Origin: Malacoraja senta
Lineage: Eukaryota
Direction of reading: 5' to 3'
Length of the DNA stretch: 64,000 bases
NCBI GenBank assembly: GCA_038087875.1
Contig: CM075985.1
Span: forward strand, 186,001-250,000
Part shown: positions 23,885-35,973 of the stretch, piece by piece
Position numbering within the stretch: position 1 is the stretch's first letter
Layout: every line of letters begins with the position of its first letter
Program-made: the position numbers and the translations under genes
Notes under the pieces: generated by a model
Told to the model about the DNA's origin: nothing
Databases searched by the model: none
Seen by the model: the letters and a program-made list of their open reading frames with translations, nothing else

Positions 23885-25695
23885 AGAACCCATTTGGGCT
23901 TTCTGGTCAATCTAATGTATCCATGCTCATGTGGATTTTATTTTTCCCATTTCTCTGGCAATCCTCTGGGACTGATTGAGGATGTTCAGTTTTCCATCCT
24001 TACTTAATAAATTACACAAACATATTCAGTACTGGAAAACACTTCCTATTTCTATGCTTGGTAGAATTAATGCTATAAAAATGATTTTCTTACCGCAACT
24101 ACTATATTTATTTCAATTAATTCCGATATATATTCCAAAAAACTTTTTCAAAAAAGTCGACTCCATTGTTACAAGCTTTATTTGGGATTATAAGAATCAT
24201 AGAATAAGTAAAAAACATTTATGTAAGTCAAAGAGCAACGGAGGTTTGGCCTTGCCAAATTTCTTATTTTATTTTTGGGCAGTCCATATTAAAAACATGA
24301 ATTTCTGGCTGGAAGAAATGGACCAACAACCAGAATGGTTAAGGATGGAAAAGGAAGACTGTTTACCTTTTGAAATAGGTTCGATTATATTTGCTACCAC
24401 AAAATTGCATAAAAAAAGCTATGAGGAAAACCCTATAATACATAGTGGAATACGAATTTGGAAACAATTAAAAAAGGCTTTAAAACTGAATAATATACCA
24501 CTATGTCTTCCCATTGTAAATAATCCTCTATTCATGCCATCCATATTGGATAGAGGTTTTATACAATGGAAAAATCATGGAATTAAAAGGATTGGACAAC
24601 AGAATCATGGACTACACTCAAATAACTTTTTCAGATATTTACAAATTAGAGATTATGTTAAATCCAATACACAAGTTTATAGGACTAGGGAACCAGAAAT
24701 TCTTGATGAATGCTTGAATAAGCATCCTAACTGAAAAATTAATAGCTTATATTTATAACATTCTCCTAAATAATGAGGTACCACTGATGGAACTATATAG
24801 ACATAAATGGGAAAATGAGTTAGGTTATCCTATTACAAAAGATATTTGGGACGAAAGTTTACAACATATACATCAATGTTCGTTAAATGCCAGACATGCT
24901 TTAATACAATTTAAAGTCTTACACAGATTACATTACTCCAAAATAAAACTAAATAGAATTTTCCCACATATTTCTCCTATATGTGATAAATGCCTGCATC
25001 TAGAGGCCAATTTAACACATACCTTTGCAAATTAAAAATTACTGGACTGATATTTTCCAAATAATCTCTGAAGTTGTTAATACCAAATTGGCTCCAGACT
25101 CAAAATTAATAATACTTGGGATATCAGAACAAAGTTTAACACTCACAACAAGCCAAAGAAACTTCCTTGACTACAGTATAATAACAGGGAAAAAATTAAT
25201 GTTAAAATTCTGGAAAGGCCCTACAACCCCCACAATTAAAATGTGGATTGTGGAAATGTCGGAGACCCTACATCTAGAAAGAATTAGACTTGTCTTAATG
25301 GACAAGCAAGAACTTTTTGTTAAAATATGGGCTCCATTCATTGCCTATTTAAAGGGATAGAGTGGCCCAGCGCGAAAGCCCGACTGAAGCTTGAACTCAG
25401 GATTAGATGTAATTATATTTCATAACCTACGAACTTATCTCCTATGACGTATTATAAGTTATTCATTCCACCTCTTTTTCTTTTTTGATATTGTAATTCT
25501 TCTTTCTCTCTCTTCTTTCTTCTTTCTCTCTATTTTTCTTTTTCTATCTATATTTTAAAAAAAAGACTAGAAGCAGAATTAACTGACAATTGACAAATGT
25601 AATAATGTATGAGTGATTGATGTATATGAAAAGTTTTTTCTTCTTTTATAATATGTTACTCTACATTGTAATATGTTTGCTTCTAATAAACATTT
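23885..25695 (+). mobile_element. L1/Tx1-type LINE 3' fragment (post-RT region and zinc knuckle), frameshifted
   Basis: GRINAIKMIFLPQLLYLFQ...FIW...GGLALPNF; FKVLHRLHYS...CDKC...H; T-rich 3' UTR. Confidence 0.9.
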
Positions 25696-25729
25696 ATATC
25701 ACAGAAATGCAAGATGGTTATGTGGGTTA

Positions 25730-26245
25730 TTCTCAGAGGCTGTGAAGGTCTTGGTGCATTCTGTGATGTTGAACTTGGAGAAAACTGCAAGATGCAGGAA
25801 CTATTTGGATGCTAATGAAAATATTGGCTGCAGGTTCCTCCTTGAGTGAAATTAAAAGCTCGGGAGAAAATTGCATTCAATATTGTACTAAGTTTGAAAA
25901 TAATGTATGATCCTGATTCTCAAATGCACCTCATTTGTAACCCCCTAAACCCACCGTGATCTGATACATTTGGATATAGATTTAAACTGCTATAATTGTA
26001 TATGGACATATAATGGTATATGGACACACTGATCTGTTTTGTAGCCAATGCCTACTATGTTCTGTTGTGCTGAAGCAAAGCAAGAATTTCATTGTCCTAT
26101 CAGGGACACATGCCAATAAACTCACTTGAACTTGAACTTGAGCTAAAGCTCTAACATAGCTGCAAGGCGTGAATATTGACCATGTTTCGTTCCTTACAAA
26201 ACAGCAGATTCTCTCGTTTGCCATTATCTTAGACATTTGCCACCC
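25730..26245. repeat. Ancient local repeat, unit A3 plus motif B (interrupted by a short insert at about 25981-26140)
   Basis: Aligns with A1, A2 and motif B at 20124. Confidence 0.8.
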
Positions 26246-27206
26246 ACTAATAGCATTTAATATAAGGAGGTTCCACGTCTAAACTTATCCAATGTATTTG
26301 TGACCTCAGGAAATTCCCCATTTGTTTTGTCCAAATTAGCTTTTACAAGATTCAATTCAATTCAACTTTATTGTCATTGCACAAATGCGAATATAGGTAC
26401 AACGAAATGCAGTTTAGCGTCTGGTCATAGTGCAAGAGAGTAGAAGTAAAAATAAAAATACAAAATAAGCATACAATAAAAATAAATAAAAATACTGGTT
26501 AACAATGTGTGGATTGTGGATGAATTAAAATGATACATAGGCAAATAACTGTATACTAATGGGAGAGTCTAAAGATAGCTAGCGACGGGACTCTGAGTTC
26601 AGCAGTGTAATGGTGTTATTGAAAAAGCTGTTCAGCATCCTGCTTGTGCGAGACCTGAGGCTCCTGTACCGCCTCCCTGATGGGAGGAGGGCAAATAGTC
26701 CATGGTTAGGGTGAGAGGGGTCCTTGATGATTTTCCCGGCCCGTCTCAGACACCATTTTCAGTGGAGGGCATCCAGGGCAGGGAGCGGAGCACCGATGAT
26801 GTGCTGAGCGGTTTCCACCACCCGTTGCAGTGCCTTCCTGTCAGCTGTGGTGCAGCTGCTGTACCATACCGTGAAGCAGGTGGTCAGGATAGATATAATA
26901 ATTTATTGCCACACAACCAGGGTCGGTGGAATTTGGGTTGTCAGCAGCAGTACAATAATAAAGAACACACAACCACAATAAAAATGTAACACAAACATCC
27001 ACCACAGTCCTCCTCCATTTCCCCCCCCCGTGGACAGGACCAGAGTCCAGAGTCAGTCCAGGATCGACTCTTCCCCACCGGAGATCGCAGCTTTAAGATG
27101 GTGTAGGCCGCAGGCCGGCGGTCGAGATTTAAAGACTCCACCGCAGCCAGAAGCACCGTAGACTGTGAGGGTGGTCCGGCTCAGGGCAGGAACAGTGCTC
27201 CCGTGA

Positions 27207-27470
27207 GCGCCCAAGTAGGGGCGGCCCGACCCGAGGGAGGTTCGGCGCCCAAGTCAGGGCGGCCCGGCCCGAGGGAGAAGCGACGCCCAAGTCGGGGCAG
27301 CCCGGCCCGAGGGAGGTTCGGCGCCCAAGTCGGGGCGGCTCGGCCCGGGGAAGAAGCGACGCCCATGTCGGGGCAGCCCGGCCCGGGGTAGAAGCGACGC
27401 CCATGTCGGAGCGGCCCGGTCCGGGGGAGGTTCGGCGCCCATGTCGGGGCGGCCCAGCCCGAGGCTGAAG
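27207..27470. repeat. GC-rich minisatellite, about 7 x 38 bp
   Basis: Unit (G)CGCCCA(A/T)GTCGGGGCGGCCCGGCCCG.GGGAG(GTTCG/AAGCGA). Confidence 0.92.
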
Positions 27471-27989
27471 ATGACACGGTACTCACGTGAGGGTGGCTAG
27501 GACGGTGTTCTGGCCTGAGTCCGGGGTTCGGCCGCGGGCCAGCGGCTGCGTCTGCAGGACTGGTGGGCGGCAGCTTCGACCACCCCGGGCAGCGGTGTTT
27601 GAGCCGCGGGAAACATCGCCCGGGGGGTATCGCCTCAGCGCAGAGGGAAGAAGAGGAGGGAAGAGACTGCAGACCTAAGACTTTTGCCTCCATCACAGTG
27701 AGGAGATGTTGGGTGGACTCACTGTGGTGGATGTTAATATGTGTTTATTGTTGTTTTATGTATGACTGTTGCAATTTTGTTCAGACTTCGGTCTGAATGA
27801 CAATAAAGGGCTATCTAATAAGAATAAGACTGCAGGGCCGGCGGTCGAAGCTCCCCTCCAGGGGTGATGGTTGTTTTTCTACTGCCTGCAACATAATCTT
27901 TACTACTTGTTTTTCCCTTCTGTGAAAAGGAATTGATCTAACTGTTCTTGTCAGACCTAAAAGGATCTTCAAGGAGGCTATTTAACAAT

Positions 27990-28390
27990 TCCCCTTCCCC
28001 CTCAGGGTCCTCTCCTAGGTACCTCCCTCAGGGGTCTAATTTCTACCGATCTTCTTATCTTCCCCTTCCGACCTTTTGACTCCCCATCCTGGTGGTTGGG
28101 TGATCTTCGTCCACCCAGGCCCGTCTTCTCTCTTCCCTGGGTATTTTGGCCCCCTGCGGCTCTGCATTTGCCCCAACGGACTATACCTTATCATTGTTGT
28201 CTACTCCAACCCCTGGGTATTTCCTGCCCCCCAGTGGTTCAGCATTTGCTCCAACGGACTATTGGGCAGAATGCGGGGATTTGGCCTACAGGCTTTTCCC
28301 CTCCCTTTTCAGTTTGCCTTGCCGGTACAGACCCCTGAATCCTTCAGGGCGTTAACCACAAGGTCTTTTCAATCGCCCAGGAAGTACTTT
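27990..28390 (-). mobile_element. ERV leader/gag-matrix fragment related to ERV-B 53600-53900
   Basis: The reverse complement aligns with the ERV-B leader (AAGACCTTGTGG..ACGCCCTGAAG.ATTCAGGGG...ATAGTCCGTTGG.GC.AATGCTG); SPLG.ML..W matrix motif. Confidence 0.75.
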
Positions 28391-29704
28391 ATTAGTCATT
28401 ATTCATGTGTGTGTGAGAAAGAGAGTGTGTGTATGAGAGAGAGAGGGAGCGTGTGTGTGAGCAGGGCTCTCGCTTAACGTTTTTTCCCTGTTGCCAGCCG
28501 GGCAGCCTTGGCAGCTTTTTAGGTTGCCAAATGACAGTTTAGGTGGTCATTTAAGATGGCTTGCATGACGCGTGCGATAAGATGGCTTGCATGACGCGTG
28601 GTCAGGTTCGAACACGGGTCTCTGGCGCTGTAAGGCAGCAACTCTACCACTGCGCCACAAAGTGCTGGAATAAGTCAGCTCACTCCATAGATCTCAGCTT
28701 CACTTTATCCTTCCACAAGGTCCACACGCTCAATCAAAGCTCCTCCACTTACCTGACCTCCACACAGGATCACAAACCTGCCTTTCTCCAGACCAGGCCC
28801 CCCGGCGACTGCGGAGTTACTCCAGCACTTTGCCTTTTTATGTAAACGAGCATCTGCAGTTCCGTGCGTCCACCCCTCATTAGAACGCGTTAGACCGATC
28901 GTGCGCAGCACAAAACGTTCCATGAGGAAAACGTTCTAACTTTTTGTAAACAAAATGTTTTACCAGAATGTCACCTGGATTCGAGAGCTTCAGCTACAGG
29001 GCGAGCTTAGGGACAGTTAGGGTCGACTCTCAGAATCTTTTTACGCCAGGCTGGAAATGTCCAAGACTAGTTGGTATCGCTGTAAGGAGAGAGGGGGAAA
29101 GTTTAATGGGGATGCGCGGGGCAGTGGTGGGGGCCTCATGTGCCTGACCTGGGGAGGTGGTGGAGGCAGATATGACGGGTGTTTAAGAAGCTTTTAGGTG
29201 GGCATGTGGAAGTGGAGGGGAGAGAGGGATATGGATCATGTACAGGCAGATGAGAGTTTAACCTGGCGTCATGTTCGGCACAAACATTGTGGGCCGAAGG
29301 GCCCGTTCCTGTGCTGTACTGCCCTACGTTCTAACCATCCAATCACCAACTAGAGAGCAGACCCCACCTACCATCTACTGCATTGGCAGATGTTTTCTGC
29401 CGCTCACCTCCGGCGACAAACTCTTTGAATCACTTCTTTCTGGGAGGCGACTCCGGACTATCAAAGCTGCTACAGTCAGACATAAAACAGCTTTTTCCCA
29501 CGAGCAGTAACTCTATTCAACAGCCAAAAGACCGTAGCCTCTTTTTACTCCGGTACTTTATTTTCACATGTTTGAATTATAATATTTTATTTTTTATTGT
29601 CTACAGAATATCTTGTTGTTACCTGCGAGCAAAGCACCAATGTAAATGCCTTGGATGTGGACCTACTTGGCTAATAACATTTTTATTCATTCATTATTAT
29701 TCAT

Positions 29705-29995
29705 TGAAGACAATAGACAATAGGTGCAGGAGTAGGCCATTCTGCCCCTCGAGCCAGCACCGCTATTCACCGTGATCATGCCAATCATCCACAATTAATA
29801 CCCTGTTCCTGCCTTCTCCCTATATCCCTTGACGCCGCTATCTTTAAGAGCTCTGTCCAGCTCTCTCTTGAAAGCATTCAGAGAATCGGCTTCCACCACC
29901 ATCTGCGGCAGAGAATTTCACAGACTCTCAACACTCTGTGTGAAAAAGTTTTTCCTCATCTCCGTTCTAAATAAATTACCCCTTATTCTTAAACT
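29705..29995 (-). mobile_element. CR1 3' end
   Basis: Same 3' UTR as 21000-21300. Confidence 0.85.
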
Positions 29996-30785
29996 ATCCC
30001 TCAGACTATCTTTAATCAGACTTTACCTTGCACTAATCGATATTCCCTTAATCCTATATCTGTAAACTGTGGATGGGTTGATTGTAATCCTGTATTGTCC
30101 TTCCACTAACTGGTTAGCACACAACAACAAAAAGCTTTACACTGTACCTCTCCCTGTAGCTGAAGCCCTCTAATCCAGGCAGTATTCTGGGAGAACATTT
30201 TGTTTTCATAAAGTTAGAACAGTCTCGTCGTAAAACATTTTGTGGTTGAAACGTCAGGCTGGGACACTTGCACCCCGCTGAGTTACTCCAGCACTTTGCA
30301 TCTTTTTTAAAAAGTACGCAGGCATCTACAGTTCCTCATGGCTATGTTTTCATTTTTTTAGTACGCGCCGACCAGCGATAACCTGTTCACTAGGTCTACC
30401 CTACTCACTGGGGGCAATTTTCAGAATTAATCTACACACCTGCACATCTTTGGAATGTGGGAGGAAATCGGAGCACCCGGAGAAAACACACACAGTCACA
30501 GAGAGAACGTACAAACTCTAGTCCCACCTGCCTGAATTTGGCCCATGTCCCTCTCAACCTTTCCAGACCTGTCAAAATGTATTTTAAATCAAAGATAAGA
30601 AACAAAATGCTGGAATAACTCAGCGAGACGGGCAGCATCTCTGGCGAGAAGGAATGGGTGACGTTTCATGTTGAGACCCTTCTTCAGAGTGATGATGAGA
30701 GTGGCCACAGAGATAAAATGTAGTCAGAGACAGTGAGAATGTTAAACTGAGTTATTTTGTCAATCTAAAGTCAAGAAAACGTGAC

Positions 30786-31560
30786 TCAAATGCTTGTAGC
30801 TGTTGGAATTGATTCTTTATTCAGTACTGAGACAATTCTTTGAACCTTCCAACACAGAGCTAGAAGGTCCGGGGCAGCTCCAAAGTATTTGTGTTTTTGA
30901 TACAAACTCATTGCTTTATATAGGTATTTAGACATTTCAAATACAGAGGGTAGGACAACTGGTAACCAATCGTCTGAGTCCTTTTGGTGATTTACAACAT
31001 CAGTCACAGGATATCCCCTTTCCTGACGTCTTTTTACAATCTTTGTTTGTCTATGGTATAACTCTATAACCGTTTTAGAATTATTTTATTTCAACACAGC
31101 AAAACCCCTGTAGGCTTTTATCAAAGACCACTCTTCAAAATATAAGATACATACAATGATCACTCAAGTCATACACACTTTCTATACCAAGAGAAAAGAT
31201 ATTTCTATAAATCTAAACAATTTCTCTAAGTCTAAAGTGTACCTTTCTACTAAGACAATACATTGCATAATTGGTGTTACTATAATTTTACACATTTTGA
31301 AATACCATTACCTATGTCTTTAAAACATTAATTATATAAGTTTGCTGAATTACAGTTTCTAAGTTCAAAACGCACATTTCCATCTCCCATCCAAAGATAC
31401 ATGGGTCGTAAATCTGTCAATTTAGTTAATATGAGTTTGGTGCCTTTCCTGTTATCGGGAAGCAGGATTTCCAATCTCATGTACCAGACAGAACACAAGG
31501 TACAAGGTACAACCCAGACCATTACGTCAGAATTCCATCTGCTTCAACCTTCTATAAACA
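30786..31560 (-). pseudogene. Highly degenerate Gypsy/Ty3-type integrase fragment
   Basis: Manual frame-joining gives EGVVYRR, YLWMG..NVR...NCNS (HHCC remnant), IVLVERY, IFSLGI....LSD, YHRQT.IVKR and HQKDSDDWLPVVL. These match the Gypsy IN motifs FSR.GIP..ILSDQG, YHPQT.GLVER and KDWD.WLP.VL. About 5 frameshifts and 1 stop are needed. Confidence 0.6.
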
Positions 31561-31905
31561 ACTCCCTCAATCTAATTATTTCTCAAAGCAACTATTCCTT
31601 CACTTACATCTTATTCCTTATCACACTCATTATAATTTTACACAGCCAAGGCTAACTGCAGTCTATCATCTCTCAGCCTTGAATTCTGTCTCAAACCTAG
31701 CATAACAAGCCATAACTCTTCACGTTTATGTCACATTCGGAGCTCAAAAATGTGCCATAGAGACAGAGCAGATGGCCTAAGAAGAGGCCCCTTATTCAGC
31801 TTCCCATTCTTCAACACAAAGCCATATCAAATACAATTTCCTCCAGTGCTATAATTGCCCCCAAAACAATAACCTAAGCTAAGCAGGTTCAGGTTCAGGC
31901 CTCCA

Positions 31906-32288
31906 TGTTTTGATTCATCTTTGCCTGTGTGTATGTGTCAGTTTGCACTTTATTTCAGTTCAGGGAAACTTTAAGCTTTTCTTTTGCAATTCACCTAGCT
32001 TATATAAAAGTCTCTATCCAAGCGGTTCTATTTGTATAATATTTCCTCATTCCTCACTCTGGTCATTCTATGACCACTAATAGGATAATAACACAAGGCA
32101 GAGATTCATCAGCATTGGCTTATTAGTCATCCAAGTTTATACCTAACCTCGAGATGCTTTATAGCCCCCAAAACCTGGACCACGTAGGTCAGCAGGCTGG
32201 CTTGTTGACACCAATGCTGTTCCCTACTTCTCTGCTGTGCTTCCAACCCTAGCCCTTATGGTGCTCAATTATTCTGGACTTAATAACA
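31906..32288 (-). mobile_element. 3' LTR of ERV-A, copy 2 (383 bp)
   Basis: PPT at 32289-32301, TG...CA termini, TATA and AATAAA; near-identical to 369-751. Confidence 0.75.
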
Positions 32289-32356
32289 TTCCTCCTTCTC
32301 CACATTATTTAGTCTATTACACTCCTCCTCCAACATTTCCTTCTCTACCTGCTGGT

Positions 32357-34199
32357 TCACACGTCTCTACTTCCATCAGACTCCAACATCGTAATGTCTT
32401 CTTCTAGGTGCCGCAATAAGACCTGCCCACCAGTTTCCACGTTACCCAAGGCTGTCATTAGTCTGGTGATGATACATTTAACAATAGCAATTCCCACTAA
32501 CAAACACATGATCACTATTGCTGCATTGATGGCCATGCTGATAATCCCCCAAAACCCCAGTTTCCCCATCCAACACCCTCCTTCATTCCATCAAGCAGGG
32601 TAGTAATGTCCTCTTGATGTTTGGTGATATTACTAGTTCTATCCTGAACTCCCATCATACATTTTTCTTTTACAATAGCACACGTCCCTCCCTCACGGGC
32701 CAACAGATAATCTAAGGCATATCTATTCTGTAAAGAGAACAGACGCATTTCTGATAGTTGGGTTTTTATTGCCTCCAAGGCGCCTGTAGTGGCATTTCCC
32801 AAAATGGTTAGTCCACAAATCATATAGTTTCGATGTTTTGCTGCCAACCCTCCCCCTACACCTCTGAAAGTAAGCAGGCTTAGTACTCCCCATCCCGCAG
32901 CATCCCACCTAGATGTTCCCATTGTAGTTGGGTTTCTCCAATTGGCACAGAATTCGGCGGATATTGCCCTGCGCAGAGTCCTTTGGTTTTGTCGGGACCA
33001 ACTCTCTGGGCAGGGAACGGTGGTGGGGACAAGGGTCCTGATGGCTACGTTCTTTGGAAAAGGAGGTTTTAGCACATTGGTCCCTTTGCCATTGAAAAAG
33101 AAGTAATACCCTTCCTCGGTGTATATGGACCCATGACAGTCCATGCGTGTATTAATCACCTCGCCACCCTTTGCCCAGTCAATCCAATTGCTTGAAATCC
33201 AATTGGTGTATCTTGGGATGGGCAAGTGATAGAATCCTACAGTTAGATGGGTTCCATTGGCCCACCCACAAAGCAGTTGAAACCCTGCAGAGACTGGGAC
33301 GCATCTTTTGGGAATGGTGCATTGGATGCCCTTAGATGTGCTGTTGCAACTAGGTTGTCGTGGGGTTCGTACTATGCACGTAATGTTGGAAGGGACGTCA
33401 ACAACTATGCACCCGTATCCCTGGTTAGTGAAGCATCATCCGTATTGTCTATTGTCGGTGTTAGGGGTAAAGTTACACGGCATTAGTGGTTCTACTCTGG
33501 TACCCGAAGAGTTTTGACAGCTTGGGTATGAATGCTTATTGTCGCCAGGTAATGGCAAACAGTTAGCTGGTGGGGCTAAGAACTCATCATAATAGATGGT
33601 GACAGCTTTGACCGGAACTGGCATCTCATCTTGACACTTTACTAATCGTTAAATCCTTCCCCACTCAGGAGATACTGTAAATAGGCTAATAACAGATTTC
33701 ATAGCGGGGTAACACACAACTTGCCCTTTACCAAATAATTCATTATGGGTCCGTATAAACACGTTAGTGTCTTTTTCTTCAAATTCTCCCTTTTCCCGTA
33801 TTTGTTGTTCAGGTTCTGTCCTTTGGAGCCCCGGGTGGACTTGTAATGCTACTTGATAACATAGTCCATCATACAAGTGTTTATTTAGAGTTCGGTCCTC
33901 CCCGTGGTTCCTCCTGCAAGATAAGTCAACCCTGCATATCCGGTACCCACATGGAAACTCCCAGAGTGACTGATCAATTAGGTAGAGGCTTCAGTTAGTC
34001 TGTTGCATTTTGCCATGGCAGTAGTTAATTTATTTATGTTCCATCTTCCGAGGACTTCTGGGCCTCTACATTGTACAACATCTCCTTTGCAGAGGTGAAA
34101 TATCCTATATGCGTGTCCTGGGACACATCGTCGAATCTCTCCTTTATTTCCCCCTGTCTGCAGAAGCATTAGGTTGCATGGCAGGAAAAATCGCCTCAT
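32357..34199 (-). pseudogene. env: ERV-A env, disrupted, copy 2
   Basis: ORF 32515-33225 spans the SU end, furin site RTLRR and ISD. A 13 bp deletion before the TM anchor causes a frameshift; SU has stops. Confidence 0.9.
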
Positions 34200-34475
34200 T
34201 TGAATATATCTGGAAAATGCAAAGGGTTACAAAAAGTTCATTTCTTACTTAATTGACTTAATCAACTATTCACTCAAGTTAACCATCCTTCAGTCAGTCA
34301 GTCCAGTTATCAGTCACATATTCTTAACCATATAGCAAAATAAGGATTCAAAACTAAACTTATAATGCTACAACTAAACGTATAATGATACAACTAAACT
34401 TATAATGATACAACTCCCAAGCAAAGCAGCAATGTAAAAACTAAAAACTATGAGTTGAAAATAAAATGACTCTTC

Positions 34476-35973
34476 TCACCCCTTATAATTGGGCTCCCCA
34501 ATCAGTTTGCAGTGGTGCAGATGAACCCATGCAGCACGACCCTCGACCTTGGCAGCGGTTGGAGTGGTGAGGAGGACCTGGAAGGGACCATCCCAACGTG
34601 AGTCCAAGTGCTTACGCTTCCAGTTCCTGACCCGCACATAGCAACATGTCTCAATATTAGATGGAACTTTGAGCGCTGGCGCCTCACCATTTGCAGCCCT
34701 GACCTGTGAATGAGAAGTTCGCAAAGCATGGGTTAAAGTTAATACATAGGATGTCATTTCCTCAGTCATCTGGTAGAAATGGACCGCTGCGGGGGCATGG
34801 AAATGGACCGCCTGGTCATTCCATGGCATCCGTAAAGGTCGACCATATATTATTTCCGCAGGCGTCAGTCGTGCCGTACCAGAAGGAGTGGTCTGTATCT
34901 GAAAAAGAGCTACAGGAAGCAGTTTAAACCATGTTAAGCCAGTCTGTGCCACTAATTTAGCTAATTTGGTTTTCAAAGTCTGATTTGCCCGTTCCACCAA
35001 TCCGGCGGCCTGAGGTCTATATGCACAATGGAGCTGTTGATGTATCTGTAATTGTTGGCACATTTCTTTGTTTACTGCAGCAATAAAATGAGGACCTTTA
35101 TCGGAACTTAAACGCGCAGGAACACCGAATCGCGGTATGATTTCGCGTAACAATATTTTTACAATGGTAGACGCCTTATTGTCAGTGGTCAGGTATGCAT
35201 CAATCCATTTACTGAAAACATCGACAATTACAAGAACATACTTATAACACTGACACCTTTTCAACTCAATGTAGTCCATTTGCAAGGTCTCAAATGGACC
35301 TGCTGGTAAAGGGATCTTACCTGGTTCACAGGGCAAGCCTTTACCTGGATTATGCTGCTGGCAAATCAGACATTGCTGGCTGACACGCTGGGCCAAGTCC
35401 AGAAGTTTTGGATGCCACCAGGTGTCTAAAAGCATATCATTTCCGGCCTTGGCACCACAATGAGTTGCAAAGTGTACACATTCAATAATCCATAACGCAA
35501 GTTCATCAGACATGCAAGTCTGGCCTGCAGGCGTAACCCATAAGCTAGTGACAGGATCAAACACACAGCCCTGGTCCTGCCACAGCTGTTTTACCTGTGC
35601 AGGAGCGTCCTCCTGTATTTGAAGTACTTCCTGGATGGTTGGCATTCCTTTTTCCGGGGGAGACTGATTCTTACTGGAATTTTTAGTCTGCCTCATCATT
35701 CGGGGCACAACAACCTGGTTAGTCCAAGAAGCTTTTTTTAGCAGCACCATCCGCAAGGCGATTGCCGATATCTATAGGGCTCTGGCCTGATGTGTGGGCA
35801 CGAACTTTAATAACTGCAAGCTGACTGGGCAATTGGATTGCCTGTAAAAGGTTGGAAACTAACTTCTGGTGTGAAATAACTGTTCCTGATGAGGTCAGGA
35901 AGCCTCGATTTTTCCACAATTGCCCATAATCGTGAACGACTCCGAAAGCATACTGTAAATCAGTGTAAATATT
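34476..35973 (-). pseudogene. pol: ERV-A pol 3' part, copy 2; integrase frame intact
   Basis: 426 aa ORF (34476-35756) with HHCC, D-D(35)-E and GPF/Y C-terminal domain. One frameshift in RNase H; no RT, PR or gag upstream. Confidence 0.95.

Noticed and set aside
27129-27796. Pro/Ala/Arg-rich ORFs, and other short or antisense ORFs in the track (e.g. 53417-54076)
   Set aside because: By-products of GC-rich repeats or of antisense TE sequence; no domain or splice support.
28925-30225. Inverted repeat pair (about 28925-28965 and 30187-30225) as transposon TIRs
   Set aside because: Both are degenerate CR1 fragments in opposite orientation; no TSD.
30786-31520. Possible retroviral cyclin accessory gene downstream of env (as in walleye dermal sarcoma virus)
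   Set aside because: Frame-joined peptides first suggested cyclin helices. They fit Gypsy integrase motifs (IFS..GI...LSD, YH.QT..V.R, KD.DDWLP.VL) better and in the correct order, and the region lies outside the ERV-A 3' LTR.
31898-31905. tRNA-Thr-like PBS (TGGAGGCC) right after the ERV-A LTR (also 361-368)
   Set aside because: Only 8 nt match, followed by an (AACCTG)n microsatellite and no gag; compatible with chance.
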